A DNA stretch of 64,000 nucleotides from a bacterium (GTDB taxonomy: Bacteria; UBA8248): NCBI GenBank assembly GCA_965213625.1, contig CBDBZU010000004.1, positions 1,152,001-1,216,000 of the forward strand. The letters run 5' to 3'. Below the pieces are notes generated by a model. The model was not told the origin of the DNA. It saw only the letters and a list, made by a program, of their open reading frames with translations, and made no database searches. This document shows, piece after piece, positions 60,500 to 64,000 of the stretch (position 1 is the stretch's first letter; the number at the start of each line of letters is the position of its first letter). Position numbers and translations under genes: made by a program.

Positions 60500-60958
60500 A
60501 TGACCGATCAGAATACCATCACCCGGGTGGCGAACGCGCAGTGGATGGGGGATTTGCGCGCCCGTATACAGGCCCGCGATTGCCCCGAGTTCTCGAGCGA
60601 CGAACCCGTGGAGCGCGGCGGCCTGTTCGAGCATCCCACCCCCGCCGAGTATATGCTCGGCGCGCTGACGGGCTGCGGCGCGGCGCACGTGGAGTTGTTC
60701 GCAAACGAAGTCGGAATGCCGATCGATGATTGCGCGATCGAGGGTCGCCTCACCATGGAGCGCTTCTCTCCCGGCGACCCGCACGCGGAGAACGGGGGCG
60801 TCACCGGCGTGGAGCTCGATATCGAGGTCACCTCGGCGGGCTCTGCGGAGGAACTCGAGGAAGTGAAGGAGAAGTTTCGCGCGGGCTGCATCCTGTATCT
60901 GTTCATGAGTACGGCGACGCGCGTGGATGACAACTGGACGCTGAAGCGGCCCGGATAG
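60500..60958 (+). CDS. OsmC/Ohr family protein
   Basis: SDEPVERGG...PTPAEYMLGALTGC, and a second Cys in AGCIL. Confidence 0.85.
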   Translation: MTDQNTITRVANAQWMGDLRARIQARDCPEFSSDEPVERGGLFEHPTPAEYMLGALTGCGAAHVELFANEVGMPIDDCAIEGRLTMERFSPGDPHAENGGVTGVELDIEVTSAGSAEELEEVKEKFRAGCILYLFMSTATRVDDNWTLKRPG

Positions 60959-60998
60959 CGGCCGTTCGGAAAATCTTTACGAACACCAGAAAGCGGTT

Positions 60999-61913
60999 AT
61001 GAACCTATCTACCCATGTCGTGGGCCTGCTGTTCGCCACCTCGGCGCTTCTGAGCTGGACGAGCCTGTCCTTTTGCGTACGACTGGCGATGAAGAACGCG
61101 CCGCTCCTGAGGACGACGGCATGCATGTCGACCTTGAACGGCGTCTTCGTCGCCGTTCTGATCTACTTCACCCTGCCGGTTTCGGCCTTTCAGCCCGGGA
61201 CGACGAGAACTTGGATCCTGCTGCCGGTCACCGCCTTTTTCATGATCACCATATCGCGGCTCACCTACTACTACGCCATCAGGCGCATCGGGCCGAGCCG
61301 CACCATTCCCATTGCGGCGAGCACGCCCGCCGTAACCGCGCTTCTGGCCACGATATTCCTGGGCGAGCCGTTCACGTTTCTCATCTTCCTGGGGCTTTTG
61401 TGCCTCATCCTGGGACTCAACATGGTGGTGCGCTCCGCACCTGCGCAGCCGAACCTCGAGATGGGCCACACGCGAAAGGACGTCGTCAAGGGATATATCT
61501 CGGCGGGCCTGACCACCCTGAACTGGAGCGTCTCGGGCGTCATGGTGCGGACCATCACGCTCGACATGAACGCGCTGGCCGCATCGGCGCTGCTCATCTG
61601 GATAGGACTTGCCTTCGCCTGGGTGCTGGCGGTCGGTTTCGCTCACAGGGAGACGGCGGAGAAAATCCCCCGGGCGAGCTGGAAGTGGATGCTCATCGCC
61701 GCCATCTGCCAGACGATAGCGGTGCCCTCGTTCAGCAACGCCATGGCGCGTACCTACGCGGTGGGCGTCACCTCCATCACGTCGGTTCAGCCGCTTCTGG
61801 TGATCATGGTTTCGCACCTGTTCCTGCGGGAGAGCGAGAACATCACGGGCAAGCTCGTCCTCGGCGCGGTGATGACGGTGGTGGGAACGGTCCTGATACT
61901 GATCCGCCTCTAG
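60999..61913 (+). CDS. EamA/DMT family transporter
   Basis: Two EamA halves (AIRRIGPSR...FLGEP; FLRESENIT) with ten hydrophobic segments. Confidence 0.85.
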   Translation: MNLSTHVVGLLFATSALLSWTSLSFCVRLAMKNAPLLRTTACMSTLNGVFVAVLIYFTLPVSAFQPGTTRTWILLPVTAFFMITISRLTYYYAIRRIGPSRTIPIAASTPAVTALLATIFLGEPFTFLIFLGLLCLILGLNMVVRSAPAQPNLEMGHTRKDVVKGYISAGLTTLNWSVSGVMVRTITLDMNALAASALLIWIGLAFAWVLAVGFAHRETAEKIPRASWKWMLIAAICQTIAVPSFSNAMARTYAVGVTSITSVQPLLVIMVSHLFLRESENITGKLVLGAVMTVVGTVLILIRL

Positions 61914-63133
61914 GGTTTCTTGATCCGCTCCACGCTCTTTCGCGAGAAGACGGCCTCATGCCCGAAGCGCTCTCGTATCTCATCGAGGCTCTCCACCAGG
62001 CGCTCCTCCTTCTCCCTGTCCCGATCCTCGAACAGCAGCGGCTGCGCGCGGTCTTCATCCAGTCCTGAGAGATAGACCCCCAGCAGGCGGAATTTCCGGT
62101 TCCGGCCCTCTTTCGCGCAGGTGCGCCGCAGGAGATCGAGCGCGGGTTCGATGATTTCCTTATCGAGATGGGTGGGTTTATCGAGCGTGAACGAGCGCGT
62201 GAGCGTCGTGAAATCGGAAAACCGGATTTTGAGGGTGATGTGCCTGGCGCTGAGACCCTTGCGGCGCACGCGCGCGCTGGCCTCCTCGGCCAGGCCCGTG
62301 AGTATGGCTTCGAGCTTCGCGCGGTCGGCGGTATCTTCCGAGAAGGTGGTCTCCTTGCCGATGCTCTTGGGCCGACTGTCGAGTTCGAGTTCGGAATCAT
62401 CCAGCCCCCGCGCCTTGCGGTAGAGTTCGGGTCCGAGGTTCTTGAACTGTGCTTCTAAAAATGGCAACGATTGGTTGCCGAGATCGCCGATGGTCGTGAT
62501 GCCCAGGCGGTTCAGTTTCTGGACCATCACCTTGCCCACGCCGGGGATTTTGCTCACCTTGAGGGGACGCAGAAAGGCCGCCTCACCGCCCGGGTAGATG
62601 CGCAGTATGCCTGCGGGTTTCGAGAGGCCGGACGCGATTTTAGACACCAGGCGGCTCGACGCCAGCCCGATGGATGCCGAACAGTTCGTCTCGCGCAAAA
62701 CAGCTTCCCGAATCCTGGCCGCCGTTAGAAGTGGGGGGCCGTGCAGGCGTTCGGTGCCGCTCAATTCGAGATACGCCTCATCCACGGAAACGGCCTGCAC
62801 CGCGGGCGTGAAGTCCCCGAGTATACGCATCACACGCCTGGAGGCTTCGCCGTATTTTTTGTGATTCGCCTGGATGTAGACGGCTTGGGGGCACAACTCG
62901 CGGGCGCGTGTCATGGGCATGGCCGAGTGGACGCCGAAGGCTCTCGCCTCATAGGAAGCGGCTGAGACAACGCCGCGCCGCCCCACGCTGCCGCCCACGA
63001 TTACCGGCTGGTTATCGAGGTCGGGCCGGTCCATGCGCTCCACGGACACGAAAAAGGCGTCCATGTCCACGTGCGCGATGAGCCTGCTCTCGCGCTGCGA
63101 CTCCTGCGCCGGCTCTTCTGGGCGTTGCGTCAT
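61910..63133 (-). CDS. dinB: DNA polymerase IV (Y family)
   Basis: HVDMDAFFVSVE, RGVVSAASYEARAFGVHSAM, SVDEAYL, SKIASGLSKPAG, KSIGKETTF, TLKIRFSDF and RLLGV. Confidence 0.95.
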   Translation of the reverse strand: MTQRPEEPAQESQRESRLIAHVDMDAFFVSVERMDRPDLDNQPVIVGGSVGRRGVVSAASYEARAFGVHSAMPMTRARELCPQAVYIQANHKKYGEASRRVMRILGDFTPAVQAVSVDEAYLELSGTERLHGPPLLTAARIREAVLRETNCSASIGLASSRLVSKIASGLSKPAGILRIYPGGEAAFLRPLKVSKIPGVGKVMVQKLNRLGITTIGDLGNQSLPFLEAQFKNLGPELYRKARGLDDSELELDSRPKSIGKETTFSEDTADRAKLEAILTGLAEEASARVRRKGLSARHITLKIRFSDFTTLTRSFTLDKPTHLDKEIIEPALDLLRRTCAKEGRNRKFRLLGVYLSGLDEDRAQPLLFEDRDREKEERLVESLDEIRERFGHEAVFSRKSVERIKKP

Positions 63134-63164
63134 GCCCGTTTCTCTCACGTGAAACGCGGCGGCG

Positions 63165-63782
63165 TCAATACTTTCGGAGCACCCCCACGACGACGCCCTG
63201 GATATGGAGGTCCGCTTCATTCACCATGATGGGCGCCATCGTCTCATTCGCAGGCTGGAGCCTGATTTGCGCGCCCTCTCTGTAGAACCGCTTGAGCGTA
63301 GCGGAATCTCCGTTCACGAGCGCCACAACGGTCTCTCCGTTCAGCGCATTGTTCCGGCTCTCCACGATCACGTAGTCCCCGTCCTGTATGTGATCCTCGA
63401 TCATCGAGTCGCCCTTCACTTTCAGGACGTAGAGGCTGCCGTCCCCCGACGACCAGGGGAGGGGGATGGTTTCGGTGTCCTCTATCGCCTCGAGCGGCAT
63501 GCCCGCCGCGATCATGCCGCGCAGGGGAAGCTCCACCCGCGTCGGTTCGGCGCTTGCGGCGATGGTGTCCGAACCCGGGACGAGTTCGATGGCCCGGCTT
63601 CTGTTCCAGCTTCTCTTGATGAGGCCTTTTTCCGCGATGTTCTGTAAGTGCTTGTGCACCGTAGCGGGCGAGGTGAGGTGGAAATGCTTTCCGATCTCCA
63701 CGATCGAAGGCGCGTAGCCGTTCGCCCCGATGAACTCCTTGATGAATTCGTAAATTTCTCGTTGCCTGCGCGTGAGGAACAT
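63165..63782 (-). CDS. lexA: SOS-response transcriptional repressor LexA
   Basis: LTRRQREI...PSIVEI...SPATVHKHL HTH, Ala-Gly cleavage site IAAG, catalytic Ser (GDSM) and Lys (TLKR); GGGAGG RBS before ATG 63782. Confidence 0.95.
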   Translation of the reverse strand: MFLTRRQREIYEFIKEFIGANGYAPSIVEIGKHFHLTSPATVHKHLQNIAEKGLIKRSWNRSRAIELVPGSDTIAASAEPTRVELPLRGMIAAGMPLEAIEDTETIPLPWSSGDGSLYVLKVKGDSMIEDHIQDGDYVIVESRNNALNGETVVALVNGDSATLKRFYREGAQIRLQPANETMAPIMVNEADLHIQGVVVGVLRKY

Positions 63783-63796
63783 GAAAGACCTCCCTT

Positions 63797-64000
63797 TCAG
63801 AATCGTTGGGTCGGACCCGAAGCTTTCTTTCGGATCCACGATGTAAGAATCTCCAGATGAGCGGTATGGGGGAACATATCGAATACGTAAGCGGACTTCG
63901 CGTGATAGCCGCTTGAAGCGAGTTCACGGGCGTCGCGCGCGAAGGTGGCCGGGTTGCAGGAGACGTAGACGACTTGGCTGGGCGCGAGCGCCTCAATCAG
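63797..64000 (-). CDS. rlmD: 23S rRNA m5U methyltransferase (RlmD/RumA/TrmA family), C-terminal fragment running off the window
   Basis: Not in the ORF track. The minus strand reads [55 protein letters not shown]...RF-stop, containing the YVSCNP and DMFPHT.H.E signatures. Confidence 0.88.
   Translation of the reverse strand: MIEALAPSQVVYVSCNPATFARDARELASSGYHAKSAYVFDMFPHTAHLEILTSWIRKKASGPTQRF

Noticed and set aside
63872-63886. GAACATATCGAATAC upstream of lexA, similar to GAACATATACGAAC upstream of pal, as a LexA box
   Set aside because: It encodes the conserved VFDMF motif of RlmD, so coding constraint explains it; the spacing also differs between the two sites.

Overview
A 64-kb window of gene-dense chromosomal backbone from a diderm (Tol-Pal-encoding), GC-rich bacterium. 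The gene repertoire is reminiscent of Nitrospinota/Tectomicrobia/deltaproteobacteria-like lineages, but the taxon cannot be established from the sequence alone. About 57 CDSs can be supported. In order: a 5'-truncated TPR protein; a minus-strand operon of M20 amidohydrolase, slt, anmK and an M20 deacylase, divergent from tolQ-tolR-tolA-tolB-pal-cpoB; ligA, galU and two CNNM/CorC genes; a NUDIX / pseudo-histidine-kinase / Ldh_2 operon; EamA transporters, a class III CoA-transferase, an EEP nuclease, LOG and a DinB-like protein; a four-gene tungsten-type aldehyde oxidoreductase cluster; DUF3151, glyA, and an amidase with a small partner ORF; a BON lipoprotein, two luciferase-like monooxygenases, a cyclophilin, typA, PAC2, an orphan xanthine-dehydrogenase-type large subunit, an NDP-sugar synthase, ggt and a NAGPA-like protein; two structured intergenic regions; SDR, OCD/mu-crystallin, an orphan SsuA-type binding protein and hydantoinase/oxoprolinase A and B; uvrA, a frameshifted alpha/beta hydrolase, OsmC and EamA; and on the minus strand rlmD (partial), lexA and dinB. 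I found no tRNA, rRNA, CRISPR array, transposase, integrase or phage gene. No single dramatic new system is proven. The best leads are an AT-hook (KKRGRPRKK) inserted in UvrA, a sensor-less pseudo-histidine kinase inside a metabolic operon, a peptidoglycan-recycling operon flanked by two M20 hydrolases, a putative lactam/imino-acid catabolic unit, the AOR cluster, and the repeat- and hairpin-rich 600-bp intergenic region at 48.1-48.7 kb. All family assignments come from motif recognition by eye, not database searches.
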